From a virus (Duplodnaviria; Caudoviricetes): 52,326 bases of DNA. Of the stretch, positions 25,669 through 36,200 are shown one piece after another. The stretch lies in the IMG/VR virus record IMGVR_UViG_3300029317_000050, positions 1 through 52,326 of that record; one strand, given 5' to 3'. The position numbers and the translations under genes are program-made. The notes under the pieces are model-generated. The model was not told the origin of the DNA and did no database searches. It worked only from the letters and a program-made list of their open reading frames with translations. Position 1 is the stretch's first letter; each line of letters starts with the position of its first letter.

Positions 25669-27638
25669 GTAATTTACAACCATTAGCAAACGGCAATGTT
25701 AGAGCTGGCGGCAATAGCGGCATGATTGCTGTTAAGTCACTGGCAGAGCTGCAGCGCGACGATCAGGAAAAGATAGAGGCTGAGCATAACGCAGGAAAAA
25801 AGGCATTGGTCGTTACAAGCCTTTCTAGCTATATCAATAACATTTGGCAATCTGCGTATGAAGCTAAACAAGAACATCGCAACGCCATGTATAAAGCAAA
25901 ACGTCAGCGTGACGGTATTTATGAAGCTGACATACAAGCTGTGATCGCTAACAGTGGTGGATCTGACATATTTATGGGGATTACTGATGTTAAATGCCGG
26001 GCCGCTGAGGCGTGGATATCAGAAATCCTTGCAGGTAAGGATCGTATCTGGGGTCTTGAGAGTACTGCTATCCCTGAGTTAAGCGGAGAGCAAAAGCAAG
26101 CGATGTTCCAGCAGGCCATGGAGTTGATTAACTCACAGGGGTTTGCTCCGGAACAAGCCAAGCAAATGCTGGATCAAGCGAAGGTATCCATTCAGGAGCA
26201 GCTGGAGGCTCAAGCAAAAACAGCAACTGAGAAAATGATCAAGAAAATCGAAGATCAATTTCAAGAGTGCAAGTTTGATGAGGTGCTTGGCGAGTTTATC
26301 AATGATGTTGTGACCTATAAGGCTGGTTTTATCAAAGGCCCAATTGTCACTAAGAAAGCAACATTGAAATGGGGTGAGAATTTTCAACCGATTGTTGGTG
26401 AAGAAATAACGGTTGAAGTTAAAAGACTGTCCCCGCTAGATGTTTACCCTGCAGCTCACGCCACTACAGTTGATGATGGCGATATGATGATTGAGCACAA
26501 GCTAACCTCTGATGACCTTTACAAAATGATCGGTATTAAGGGCAATAAAGAGGATGCCATTCGAAGAGTTCTTGATTTGTATGGTGACACTGGGTTCAAG
26601 GGGTGGAATAACACCATGGATTCAGAGCGTGACCGAATTGAAGGCAGGACACACGATTACGGCACAAAGACTGGATATCTACAGGCTGTTGAATTTCGTG
26701 GGATGGCGCAAGGCAAAAAGCTTATAGAGTGGGGAATAGATACGAGTCGCATTGATGACCCGTTGCGCTCATACAGCATTGAGGCGTGGATGATTGGCCA
26801 TGAGGTCGTGCGGTGTGTGCTTAACGGCGACCCTCTTGGCAAGAAACCGATATCTAAAGCAAGTGCAGTGAATATACCCGGATCATTCTGGGGTAAAGGC
26901 TTGCCGGAATTAATCGAAGATCAGCAGCGCATGTGTAACGCTGCAGCAAGGGCGCTAGGTGACAACATGGGGATAGCTAGTGGTCCGCAAGTTGCGGTTG
27001 ATGCAACAGCGCTTCCAGATGGCGAACAAATTACCAATATTTACCCATGGAAAGTGTGGCAGATAAAGCAAAGCGCCAATGGAAATGGCGGGATGCCTAT
27101 TAGTTTCTTTCAGCCTCAAATGCATTCAGGTGAACTTCTGAATATCTATGAGCGCTTTGCTCGATACGCTGACGAGGTGTCTGGCATTCCTGCTTATGCC
27201 TATGGTTCTGATTCAGGGGCTGGTGCTGCAAAGACTGCTTCTGGTTTATCAATGCTAATGAACTCTGCATCGAAGGGTATTAAGCGAATGATATCCAATA
27301 TTGATATTGCGGTTCGATCTACTGTTGAACGGTTTTATGTACACAACATGGTATTTGATCCAGATAAGTCAATTAAAGGGGATGCGAAGGTTGTTGCTCT
27401 TGGTGCCATGAAGCTGATTCAGAAAGAAGATTTAGCACGTCGTCGCATGGAAATGATGCAGTTCACTGCCAATCCAATTGATATGCAGATTCTAGGTGTT
27501 GAAGGCAGGGCAGATCAGTTGCGTGAGGCAATGGATACGCTTGATTATGAAAAGAATCCGGTGCCGGACAAAGAAAAAATTATGCAAATGGTGCAGCAAC
27601 AGCAAGCCGCAGGACAACCACAAGAGGTAGCAGCGTAA
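25665..27638 (+). CDS. Portal protein
   Basis: 657 aa directly after terL; FWGKGLPEL...NAAARALGDNM and TASGLSMLM motifs. Confidence 0.88.
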   Translation: MSNLQPLANGNVRAGGNSGMIAVKSLAELQRDDQEKIEAEHNAGKKALVVTSLSSYINNIWQSAYEAKQEHRNAMYKAKRQRDGIYEADIQAVIANSGGSDIFMGITDVKCRAAEAWISEILAGKDRIWGLESTAIPELSGEQKQAMFQQAMELINSQGFAPEQAKQMLDQAKVSIQEQLEAQAKTATEKMIKKIEDQFQECKFDEVLGEFINDVVTYKAGFIKGPIVTKKATLKWGENFQPIVGEEITVEVKRLSPLDVYPAAHATTVDDGDMMIEHKLTSDDLYKMIGIKGNKEDAIRRVLDLYGDTGFKGWNNTMDSERDRIEGRTHDYGTKTGYLQAVEFRGMAQGKKLIEWGIDTSRIDDPLRSYSIEAWMIGHEVVRCVLNGDPLGKKPISKASAVNIPGSFWGKGLPELIEDQQRMCNAAARALGDNMGIASGPQVAVDATALPDGEQITNIYPWKVWQIKQSANGNGGMPISFFQPQMHSGELLNIYERFARYADEVSGIPAYAYGSDSGAGAAKTASGLSMLMNSASKGIKRMISNIDIAVRSTVERFYVHNMVFDPDKSIKGDAKVVALGAMKLIQKEDLARRRMEMMQFTANPIDMQILGVEGRADQLREAMDTLDYEKNPVPDKEKIMQMVQQQQAAGQPQEVAA

Positions 27639-27880
27639 TGAAATTTGAGGACAAGACAACGTTAGCACTTGCTCGGCTTTTTGGTGTTGATGATTTCATG
27701 ACTTTAAAATGCGAGCTTGAGAGTCAGAGCTCGTTATATACAAGAGAGCTCCTTGTTATTGATGCAACTGACGCGGGAAAGGTTGGGCGCTTGCAAGGAA
27801 ACGTCGAAGTTATCAATGAATTGATGGAAAAAATTGATAACGCCAGAGTTATTGCAGAAAAAATATCAAAAAAACGTTAA
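27638..27880 (+). CDS. Small head-module protein
   Basis: GRLQG motif; between portal and scaffold. Confidence 0.7.
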   Translation: MKFEDKTTLALARLFGVDDFMTLKCELESQSSLYTRELLVIDATDAGKVGRLQGNVEVINELMEKIDNARVIAEKISKKR

Positions 27881-27897
27881 ATAACTGCGAATTACCT

Positions 27898-27926
27898 TTG
27901 CCTATTTAACTGGCTTTTTTAAATCT
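27898..27926 (+). promoter_or_regulatory. Late-promoter-like motif, copy 2 (scaffold/capsid)
   Basis: TTGCCTATTTAACTGGCTTTTTTAA (1 mismatch to the other copies). Confidence 0.8.
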
Positions 27927-28000
27927 ACAGCCTGTTGGTGATGAATACCAAGAAATACCGAAGGGCTTCACGGCTCATTATCAAAAAACAGGCTGGAACC

Positions 28001-29041
28001 ATGAGTAAACAAGCAGATCAAGCAAATCAACGCGCTGAGGAATTAATTGAGCGAATGCAGGCGGAAGCCAATGGAACGCATGAGCAAGGTAATCTTCAAG
28101 ACGGGTTGAGTCAGGATAGCGCAGAGAATACCGATAAACCGGCTCTCGAAAACACCCAAGACAAGAACCCGCTGGAAACTGGGGCTCACGATTTACCACG
28201 CAAGGATGAGGTAAAAACTGAATACCCACAGACAAACAATGCCGGTATTGATTGGGAGCAACGATATAACGTATTGCAAGGCAAGTATAACAAGGAAGTC
28301 CCAGACGCTATCGACAGTGTACGAAGAGTGCAGCAAGAGAAAAGCGAACTGGTAATCAAAGTTAATGGATTGAATCAGCAAGTTAGCGAGCTGACACAAG
28401 CACTTGAAGCCATCAAAAACCCAGAACCAGATCACTCGGAAAAGATTGGAACAGTGAGAAGCGATTTTGGTGATGAAGTGGCGGATTTGCTTGCAGATTC
28501 TCAAAAGGAAATTGCTGATTTAAAGGGTGTAATAGCGGAAAGCAAAAAGCCTGAACCAGAGCCTGCAGTACAAGGTGACTCTCAAGATGAAGACCCGGCA
28601 GCGAAGCATAGCATTAACCATGTAATGACTCGTGTTGGCGGTGAAGAAGAGTTTAACCGAATAGATAGTGATCCTGATTTTAACGCATACCTTAATGAAA
28701 TTGACCCGCTATACGGAACGCAACGGCGCAATGTTATGCAGTCACTTTTCGCTAAAGGTGATCTAGAAACTGTTTCTAATTACTACATCTCATGGAATGC
28801 CCAGCAAAAAGCTGCTTTAGCTTCTGCTGATCGGCGTGAAGAGTTGATTGAGCCTGCATCACTTAATGGTGGCGAGCAGGCAGAGGTGAAGAAGACTTAT
28901 AAACAGTCTGAAATACCCGAGATTTTCACAGATCTAACACACAACCCTAAATACAAAACTATTGAGGGGCAAGCAGAGGCTGAGGCAATCGAACAAGATT
29001 TGCACTTAGCCATGACCGAAGGGCGAATCCTGCCAGGATAA
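28001..29041 (+). CDS. Capsid scaffolding protein
   Basis: Acidic coiled coil, WEQRYNVLQGKYNKEV, C-terminal AMTEGRI; precedes the capsid gene. Confidence 0.8.
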   Translation: MSKQADQANQRAEELIERMQAEANGTHEQGNLQDGLSQDSAENTDKPALENTQDKNPLETGAHDLPRKDEVKTEYPQTNNAGIDWEQRYNVLQGKYNKEVPDAIDSVRRVQQEKSELVIKVNGLNQQVSELTQALEAIKNPEPDHSEKIGTVRSDFGDEVADLLADSQKEIADLKGVIAESKKPEPEPAVQGDSQDEDPAAKHSINHVMTRVGGEEEFNRIDSDPDFNAYLNEIDPLYGTQRRNVMQSLFAKGDLETVSNYYISWNAQQKAALASADRREELIEPASLNGGEQAEVKKTYKQSEIPEIFTDLTHNPKYKTIEGQAEAEAIEQDLHLAMTEGRILPG

Positions 29042-29078
29042 GCTTTAGTGGTTATGTGCGTTTTATGGAGCATTCAAG

Positions 29079-30002
29079 ATGCCATTAGCACGCGCGGCGG
29101 GATTCGAAAACTATTCAACGAATTCCGCTAATTATATTCCTGAGATTTTCTCAGGGAAGCTAGTTAAAAAGTTTTATACACGAACCGTTTTCGGTGACAT
29201 CTCTAACACTGACTATGAAGGAGAAATCAAAGAGAAAGGTGATGTTGTTCATATCCGAACACAGGCCACGATCATCATTGATGATTATGAGGTTGGTGGC
29301 GGATTGGGTACACCGCAACGCCCAGTTTCTCCGAGCATTGATTTAGAAATAAATCGGGCTAAGAAATTCAACATTGGCCTTAGTGATGTGGACTCTTTGC
29401 AGTCTGATATTAAGTTGCTTGACCAGTGGGCTGATGATGCAGCTAAGCAGATGAAGATTAAAGTAGATCGCGATTTACTTGGATCTGTTTATGCCGATGC
29501 TGCAGCAACTAACTCAGGGGCAACTGCTGGGGCTCAGTCAGCAAGCTATAACCTTGGCACTGATGCGGCTCCCGTAGCGCTAACCAAGGCCAATGTTGTT
29601 GATCATATTGTCGATATTGGAGACGTGCTGTCAGAGGCTGATATTGATGAAGAGGGGCGCTGGCTTGTTTTGCCGACCTGGATGTGTGGATTGATCAAAC
29701 GATCTGAACTGAAGGACGCTTCACTTACGGGTGATTCAGTAACACCGTTGCGAAACGGTAAAATTGGAATGATTGATAACTTCACCATTTACTCCTCGAA
29801 CAACATTGTTCTTGGTGCAAACGGCAAAGCGAACATCATTGCTGGTCACAAGTGCGGGCTTACATTTGCTAGCCAAATGACGAAGTCTCGAATTATTGAT
29901 GACCAAGACGACTTTCAAAAGCTATTGCAGGGATTAAACCTGTATGGCTACGAAGTTATCAATGATGTGGCAATTGCTCACGCCGTAGTCGAAAAAGGTT
30001 AA
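29079..30002 (+). CDS. Major capsid protein
   Basis: YIPEIFSGKL, NTDYEGEIKEKGDVVHI, NGKIGMIDNF, GLNLYG. Confidence 0.9.
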   Translation: MPLARAAGFENYSTNSANYIPEIFSGKLVKKFYTRTVFGDISNTDYEGEIKEKGDVVHIRTQATIIIDDYEVGGGLGTPQRPVSPSIDLEINRAKKFNIGLSDVDSLQSDIKLLDQWADDAAKQMKIKVDRDLLGSVYADAAATNSGATAGAQSASYNLGTDAAPVALTKANVVDHIVDIGDVLSEADIDEEGRWLVLPTWMCGLIKRSELKDASLTGDSVTPLRNGKIGMIDNFTIYSSNNIVLGANGKANIIAGHKCGLTFASQMTKSRIIDDQDDFQKLLQGLNLYGYEVINDVAIAHAVVEKG

Positions 30003-30010
30003 TCGTAATC

Positions 30011-30043
30011 AATAAAAGGCGAGCTTAATGTTCGCCTTTTATT
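30011..30043 (+). terminator. Intrinsic terminator after the capsid gene
   Basis: AATAAAAGGCGAGC-TTAAT-GTTCGCCTTTTATT. Confidence 0.8.
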
Positions 30044-30057
30044 TGGAGAAATAAGCA

Positions 30058-30639
30058 ATGCAAATACTTAAACATGAAAAAACGTTGCGCTTTTTTGTTG
30101 CCACTCCGGCACTTTTAAAGAACAACAAAATGGTTCCTGCAACGGAAGCAGAATCCAGAAAGTTTATCAGCAAAATGTCAGATAAGCTTCGAACTGAAAC
30201 GGAAGAGCACCATTCGACCGTTGAGATTGAGATTCCTGATGATATTGATTTGGATACCGATATTTCAAATTGGGGCAAGCCACATTTAATGGCTCTTGCT
30301 GATCGAATCAAGTTGGTTGGTGTTCGGCGGTTGCCAGTTAAACAGTTACGTACCGTTATTAAGAATGCGCTTGAAGAAGCAAAGTCAAATGACGATAGCG
30401 AACCTGTTGACTCAGGCATGGATGCAGGCAGTGAAGGTGGCAGCGTTGACTATTCAGAGGGCGTAAAGATTCCCGAAGATTTTGATATCGATACGGATAT
30501 TTCAAAGTTAGGAAAGGTTGAACTTCTAGATATCGCGGAGAAAATTAACATGATCGGTGTAAAGCGCGTGAAAGTTGATGAGTTGCGTGAAGTATTGTTT
30601 AAAGTGTTTTCTGACGCTAAAAGCGAGCAAGGCGAATAA
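30058..30639 (+). CDS. Hypothetical protein with a duplicated helix-extension-helix-like domain
   Basis: GGAG RBS; two similar ~45-aa repeats. Confidence 0.7.
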   Translation: MQILKHEKTLRFFVATPALLKNNKMVPATEAESRKFISKMSDKLRTETEEHHSTVEIEIPDDIDLDTDISNWGKPHLMALADRIKLVGVRRLPVKQLRTVIKNALEEAKSNDDSEPVDSGMDAGSEGGSVDYSEGVKIPEDFDIDTDISKLGKVELLDIAEKINMIGVKRVKVDELREVLFKVFSDAKSEQGE

Positions 30640-31274
30640 TGAAGTTTTCAGCGTTGCGCACTCTGGTTGGTCACCTCACAGCGGATAGTGAAGGGGTCAC
30701 ATGGACGGATTCAGAGCTAAATGGATGGCTCGCAGAGGCTGAGATTCAAATTGTCCAGTTTCGACCAGATGCCAATGCTGTTACTGCGTTAATTCCTCTT
30801 GTAGCAGGAGCACACCAAGCAATCCCCAGTACGGCATATCGCTTGCTGGGGATTGTACGCAATGAGGCTGGGCGATCAATTCGCTTGGTTGAACAACAAA
30901 TCAAGGATGAGCTTGAGCCCGATTGGTATGCGGCAACGGCAACACCGATTGCTCGTGAATACATTTTTGATGAGCGCACACCAAAAGAATTCTATGTTAG
31001 TCCACCGTCCGTTGGAGGCGTGAATATTTATGCGAAGCTTGTTAACAAACTCCCTCAGTATAATTTCGCTTCAGACCCTGATGTTACTGTTGACGATTTA
31101 TATCAGGCCCAACTCGTTGATTATGCGGCGTACCGCTGCTTATCGCAGTCTGGTGAGGGAACGGCGGAATATGCCAAAGCCCAAAGTTTACTTGGTTCAT
31201 TTAACCAGGCGATGGGCATTAATGCTAAGTCGGATGCGGGAGCTTCCCCAAAAGCTAGAGGTCAGCGCAAATGA
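30639..31274 (+). CDS. Head-tail adaptor-like virion protein
   Basis: WTDSELNGWL...RPDAN, FYVSPP, LVDYAAYRCL; position after the capsid gene. Confidence 0.7.
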   Translation: MKFSALRTLVGHLTADSEGVTWTDSELNGWLAEAEIQIVQFRPDANAVTALIPLVAGAHQAIPSTAYRLLGIVRNEAGRSIRLVEQQIKDELEPDWYAATATPIAREYIFDERTPKEFYVSPPSVGGVNIYAKLVNKLPQYNFASDPDVTVDDLYQAQLVDYAAYRCLSQSGEGTAEYAKAQSLLGSFNQAMGINAKSDAGASPKARGQRK

Positions 31275-31912
31275 CGACGATAGCAATTGAGGGTTGGTTA
31301 ACGCATGTATTGCCTGATGTTTCAGGGTGTCCGGAAGCAGTTGTTTTGCGTGAAGTAAAAAACTCATTGATTGAGTTTTGTCGTCGTACTCAGATTTGGC
31401 AATTTACTGCAGATGCCATTCCACTTGTGGCTGGTATTGCTGACTATGAATTAGATGTACCTACGGGCTCTTCGGTTGCTCAGGTTATGTCAGTTAAAGT
31501 TGATGGGCGTGGATTAACGTTAGCAACAGGCGGCGATCTTGATGCAAGGCAACCTGGTTGGCGTGATCATGAAGGTGGAGCAACACATTATGTTGTGATC
31601 AATAGCGCTGAAATCCTTCTTAATCGAAAGCCGAAAGAATTTAAAGCCAACGCTCTGACGGCAAGTTTTGCATTGATGCCTGATCAGGGCGCTATCGAAG
31701 TAGAAAGTTTTCTGTTCGATGACTGGTACGAGGTTATTGCTGCAGGAGCAAAAAAACGATTGTTAATGTCTCCAGGTAAAGCGTGGAGCAATCCTGGCTT
31801 GGCTGGCGTATATGCACAAGAATTTGCGCAAGGTATTGCTGACGGTAAAAGTAGAGCCCAGTTCGGATGGGGAAATAGAGATTTGAGAGTTAAAAAAAGG
31901 CGGGTGATGTAA
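31271..31912 (+). CDS. Adaptor/tail-tube-like virion protein
   Basis: VSGCPE...EFCRRTQIW and IAAGAKKRLLMSPGKAWSNP. Confidence 0.7.
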   Translation: MTTIAIEGWLTHVLPDVSGCPEAVVLREVKNSLIEFCRRTQIWQFTADAIPLVAGIADYELDVPTGSSVAQVMSVKVDGRGLTLATGGDLDARQPGWRDHEGGATHYVVINSAEILLNRKPKEFKANALTASFALMPDQGAIEVESFLFDDWYEVIAAGAKKRLLMSPGKAWSNPGLAGVYAQEFAQGIADGKSRAQFGWGNRDLRVKKRRVM

Positions 31913-33228
31913 TGGGATTTAGTGCACCACTAAAGCAAAATCCTAATATTGGCGGGGCTATGTGGGGTATGCATCCAGATGGCGATGCACCGGAAATTGT
32001 TGTCAATTTAAACTCTTTGGTGTTCGATAATTTTGAAGGGTACACAGATGACATCATACCCATCCTGAGATCGACTCAATCAGAAGGTGATATTCCAAAG
32101 TACTTCCAGAAAGACGCGGATACTTCGGGGGACCGTCGTGACGGAACAGCTTACATAAGCTCAGCGAATGTCTTGTTCGGCACTCGATCTTTGCGCATTG
32201 ATGTGGATACTGGACAAATAAATGGTGGTAACGGAGCTGCTGGTGATGCTGGCTCGTTGTTCTTATCTTACTACAACCAGGATCAAGCAGGTCAGTATAC
32301 CCAGCTGAGGGACGTGGTTCCTGGCTGGCAGAACAAAACATATAACATGATGCGCTACTGGATATGGACCCCTTCTTCTACTGTTGTTGCCGCAACTACT
32401 GCATCTGAAGCGGCTAGTGGATTTCCATACACAAACAACGAGGGACAGCCCGACGGTGCAAGCAATCATGACATTGGCGTGTACTTACGTCGACCAGGCT
32501 CGGGTAACGGAACTAAAGAGACTGATAATTTTAAGCTCTACCATTACTACAATCTGGATTACGTTGGTAACTGGATTTGTGTGGAAGTAGATACGTACCC
32601 AGACGCTCAGCGCGGCGATGATGAAGCAGACGGTGATCCAGGTAACTGGCTATACCCGATGGAGAATACCTTCGGCGGGAATTCTTATCCTGATTATACC
32701 GGCGACACTCAAGCAGAAAACTATTGGGATATGGCTACGTATTGGTATATATCAGATAGGTATGGCGTTAATAACTACCCATCTACATGGGACATTGCCG
32801 GGATAGAATTCTATACAGAAGACTATTTCGATATTGACTTCGCTAACATTAAGAGTGTTGCACATACCCATCGTAAAGACCCTGGTAACGAAGACACTAT
32901 CTGGGTTCAGTGGGGCAGGAATGAGGAAATGAGTAAGACAGACGGTATCTATTCCGTTAAGTATGCTTACACGAGTTTCTATAAAAATGGCGGGTTTGCT
33001 GCTCACGGTACTGAGGCTCCTACGAGCAAGTCACTGCACGCATGGAATGCTGTTCAGGGGATGAATAGTGGCGGACATAACAAGGTTCATTATCAGTCAG
33101 ATCAATTACCCTTGGCAGGTCATGATGCGATTTACATTGCTATGAAGTTAAACTCACAAGCGACAGCCTTTCGCGAAGTCCGTATACCACTAACGCAAGC
33201 TGGCTACCCAAAATTAGGAGGGTTGTAA
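31912..33228 (+). CDS. Hypothetical virion-associated protein rich in aromatic residues, Asp and Gly
   Basis: 438-aa ORF translationally coupled within the structural operon. Confidence 0.7.
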   Translation: MGFSAPLKQNPNIGGAMWGMHPDGDAPEIVVNLNSLVFDNFEGYTDDIIPILRSTQSEGDIPKYFQKDADTSGDRRDGTAYISSANVLFGTRSLRIDVDTGQINGGNGAAGDAGSLFLSYYNQDQAGQYTQLRDVVPGWQNKTYNMMRYWIWTPSSTVVAATTASEAASGFPYTNNEGQPDGASNHDIGVYLRRPGSGNGTKETDNFKLYHYYNLDYVGNWICVEVDTYPDAQRGDDEADGDPGNWLYPMENTFGGNSYPDYTGDTQAENYWDMATYWYISDRYGVNNYPSTWDIAGIEFYTEDYFDIDFANIKSVAHTHRKDPGNEDTIWVQWGRNEEMSKTDGIYSVKYAYTSFYKNGGFAAHGTEAPTSKSLHAWNAVQGMNSGGHNKVHYQSDQLPLAGHDAIYIAMKLNSQATAFREVRIPLTQAGYPKLGGL

Positions 33229-33229
33229 T

Positions 33230-36200
33230 ATGGCGCAAGCTATTTCAATACTGGGTGTCCACTACGCAACAATTGGCGATTTCTTGATTGGAGAACGCGA
33301 CAATGATTATGGTGGTGTTGGGCCGATACTTGAGATCCCGAGGGGGGTTGTGCCTGCATTTACGGGCAACCTTCAGTTTCGATACGGCTCTGCAACTAAG
33401 TACACTTTCCGAGCTGTTGCTGGTGATGAGTGCGTGGGAGACGTCACGGCTGGAAACCTTGCCAACATTGCTATTATTGATGGTGGTGGTTTTAATCTCG
33501 ATTTTCGCAATGAGAATATTAATTTTGAAAATATCTACGTTCACAATTTCAGCCTTACAACGACAGGTGATTCATACGATGGCCTGACGTTTAAAGGGGG
33601 CGTTGTTGATTGTTATTTTTACCTGAAGAATTCAGCACCAACTAATGGCGCCACAGTTGAGGGCGGGGTTATCGTGCTGAACACGGGAGACCCTGAGTCG
33701 GGCATTGACAAAGTTGTTGATATATCTGGCTCAGTCCCATTTCATGGTTTAAATACAACAGTTATCAATAAGGCGGGTGGGGTTTCGGGGGCAACGGGCG
33801 TTATTTTCAATAGATCGTTGGCGGCTTCTAGCTTTAACTATGTTTGTGTGTTCTCAGCAACGAATCCATCATATGTGGCGTCTGGTGCTGGTGTTCCTAC
33901 GGGTGCAAATAACTGTGCACATGATGCGCTGATGCCTGGCAGTGTTTCTGATGGTGTTACTGCTGAAGATTTCAGGAATTTGGATGAAGGCGATTATCGT
34001 ATTGAGGCGGAATCAGTACCAGGGCTGTTAGGCATAGGGGCGCATATTCAACCTATTGTGAATGTCATACCTGCTCTAGACACGCCACTAGCTGCAATAT
34101 CAATTGTTTCCGATGAAGAAGTGGATATTGATTTATCACCTAATTACAGTGATGGTAATGTGGGTGATACGTTAACATTTACTGTTAGCCCTGATTTACC
34201 AGATGGGTTAGCTCTGTCTCCTGCTGGCTCCTTTTCATCAACCGGAACGCAAAGCGTAATGGTTGCCACCAATTATTCAGTAATTGCAAGTGATGGTCAT
34301 GGCGAAGGTGATGCTGTTGGTGTTATCTCAATTGAAGTTACTGCAGTCGTACCTCGAATAAATAATATAGACACGGATAATAACGTTGATGTTGAGCAGG
34401 CTGCAGCGCTTATAGATTGCTCTTATATGGATGTCGCCCCTACAAATCAGGTGGCAACCCTTGGTGGTGAGGCTCTGATTATTGTCAATTGGAATGGTGG
34501 TAAGCCCATTGTTTCGATTCCATTGGATATCAATTTGAGGTGGGGAGGGAGTCACCAGTTAAGCGTGACCGACGATACCGGAACAGTAACGCTTGATAAC
34601 GTGATTTTGACAGCTCCTGCAGATTGGCCTCAGATTGCATTTAGCGGGGATATACCAGAGGCTGGAACTCAATCGCTTTATGGGCAGGCAAAGACTGATG
34701 CAACCATTGGCAATTATACGATGGTTTTAGGTGACATCCTTGTTTATTTGGGTGTCCCAGATTTTAGCTATGATTTGCAAACTATCCCATTGGTAGATCC
34801 CTTCACTGATGTTTCAAGCCCATACAAAATATGGAAAGAAGCCGAGGGTTCATTTACTCCGCTTAGTACTTTTGAGTGGACAAACGATGGGTTGCCTGCA
34901 GATATTACAGCGCCAATATTTCAAAGCACTACTGCGCTTAGCGGGCTTAATGAAACTGCTTTCAATGTAGACTTTGCATCGAATGAGGTTGGTAATTACC
35001 GATTGGTTGTATTACCTGCTGGTTCTCCTGCACCTTTGGCTAGTGAAGTTTTAGCCGGTACAGGTAGTGGCGGCGCGGTACCGCTGTTTGCTTCGCTCTT
35101 GCTTTCGATGACGGCAGGGGCTGATGTGTCTACACCCGCTACGGGGTTTACGGTTGGCACTGCTTTTGATGCCTATGTTGCATTGACAGACAGCGCAGGA
35201 AACGAGACGTTATCTGACGTTCTTAGTAGCATTACTGCAGCACCCAATGCTGCGCCCGTAGTTACGCCACCAACAGGAATAACCATAAGTTTTGCTAATG
35301 GTAGTGGAGGTCTTACCAAAACTAATGCACAGCTTTTGGCTTGGGCAGCAACGGCAAGTGTTACGGATGATTCGGATGTGGTAACGGTGAGCGCTGATTT
35401 CTCTGCGTTGCCTGATATTATACTGGCTGACACCTACACAATTACATTTAATTCGACTGCTGACAGTGGAGCATTGATTGGTAGTGCGACAGCTCAGTTA
35501 ATTGTTACCGAGGCAGCAGGTAACGTGGCGCCCATATTTGTTAGCGCTAATTCCTTTTCGGTCATTGTGGGCCAGCAAGCAACTCACGTTGTTTCTGCAA
35601 GTGACGCTGATGGGGATGCTTTAACGTTTTCAAAGTTTGGTAGTTGGCCAGCAGGATATTTACTGGTCGACAATGGCAACGGAACAGCTTCCATAACGGT
35701 TGTGGCAACCTCTGAAGGCGTTCAATCAATTACTGTGAGGGTGAATGACGGTGCGCTTGTCACTGATCAAGTGATAACTGTCAATGTGTCTCCGACGCTA
35801 AATGTTGCTCCAGTGTTTGTTTCGAGCGCGTCTGCAGTTGCTCTTGAGGGCAGCGTGTATGAGTATACGCCGCAAGCAAATGACGCCAATAGCGATACTG
35901 TGACGTACTCGCTTGGTTCTGGACCCGGCTTCCTGTCTTTTGTTGATGGTACGCTGATTGGAACGCCTGGTGTTAATGATGTTGCTGTGCATTCAGTTAC
36001 TGTTGATGCGAATGATGGGCTAGAAACAACTTCACAAACATTCCCGCTAACGGTTTTCGCTCTACCTTCTGTAGGCGTAAGTGATCCAAATTTGATTTTT
36101 GATACACCCAGTTTCAGACAAGTATTAATTAAACGTAAAGATGATGAGGCGAATAAAGTATTCCAGCAAGACCCGCTGGAGCGAAATGATTATCTAATCG

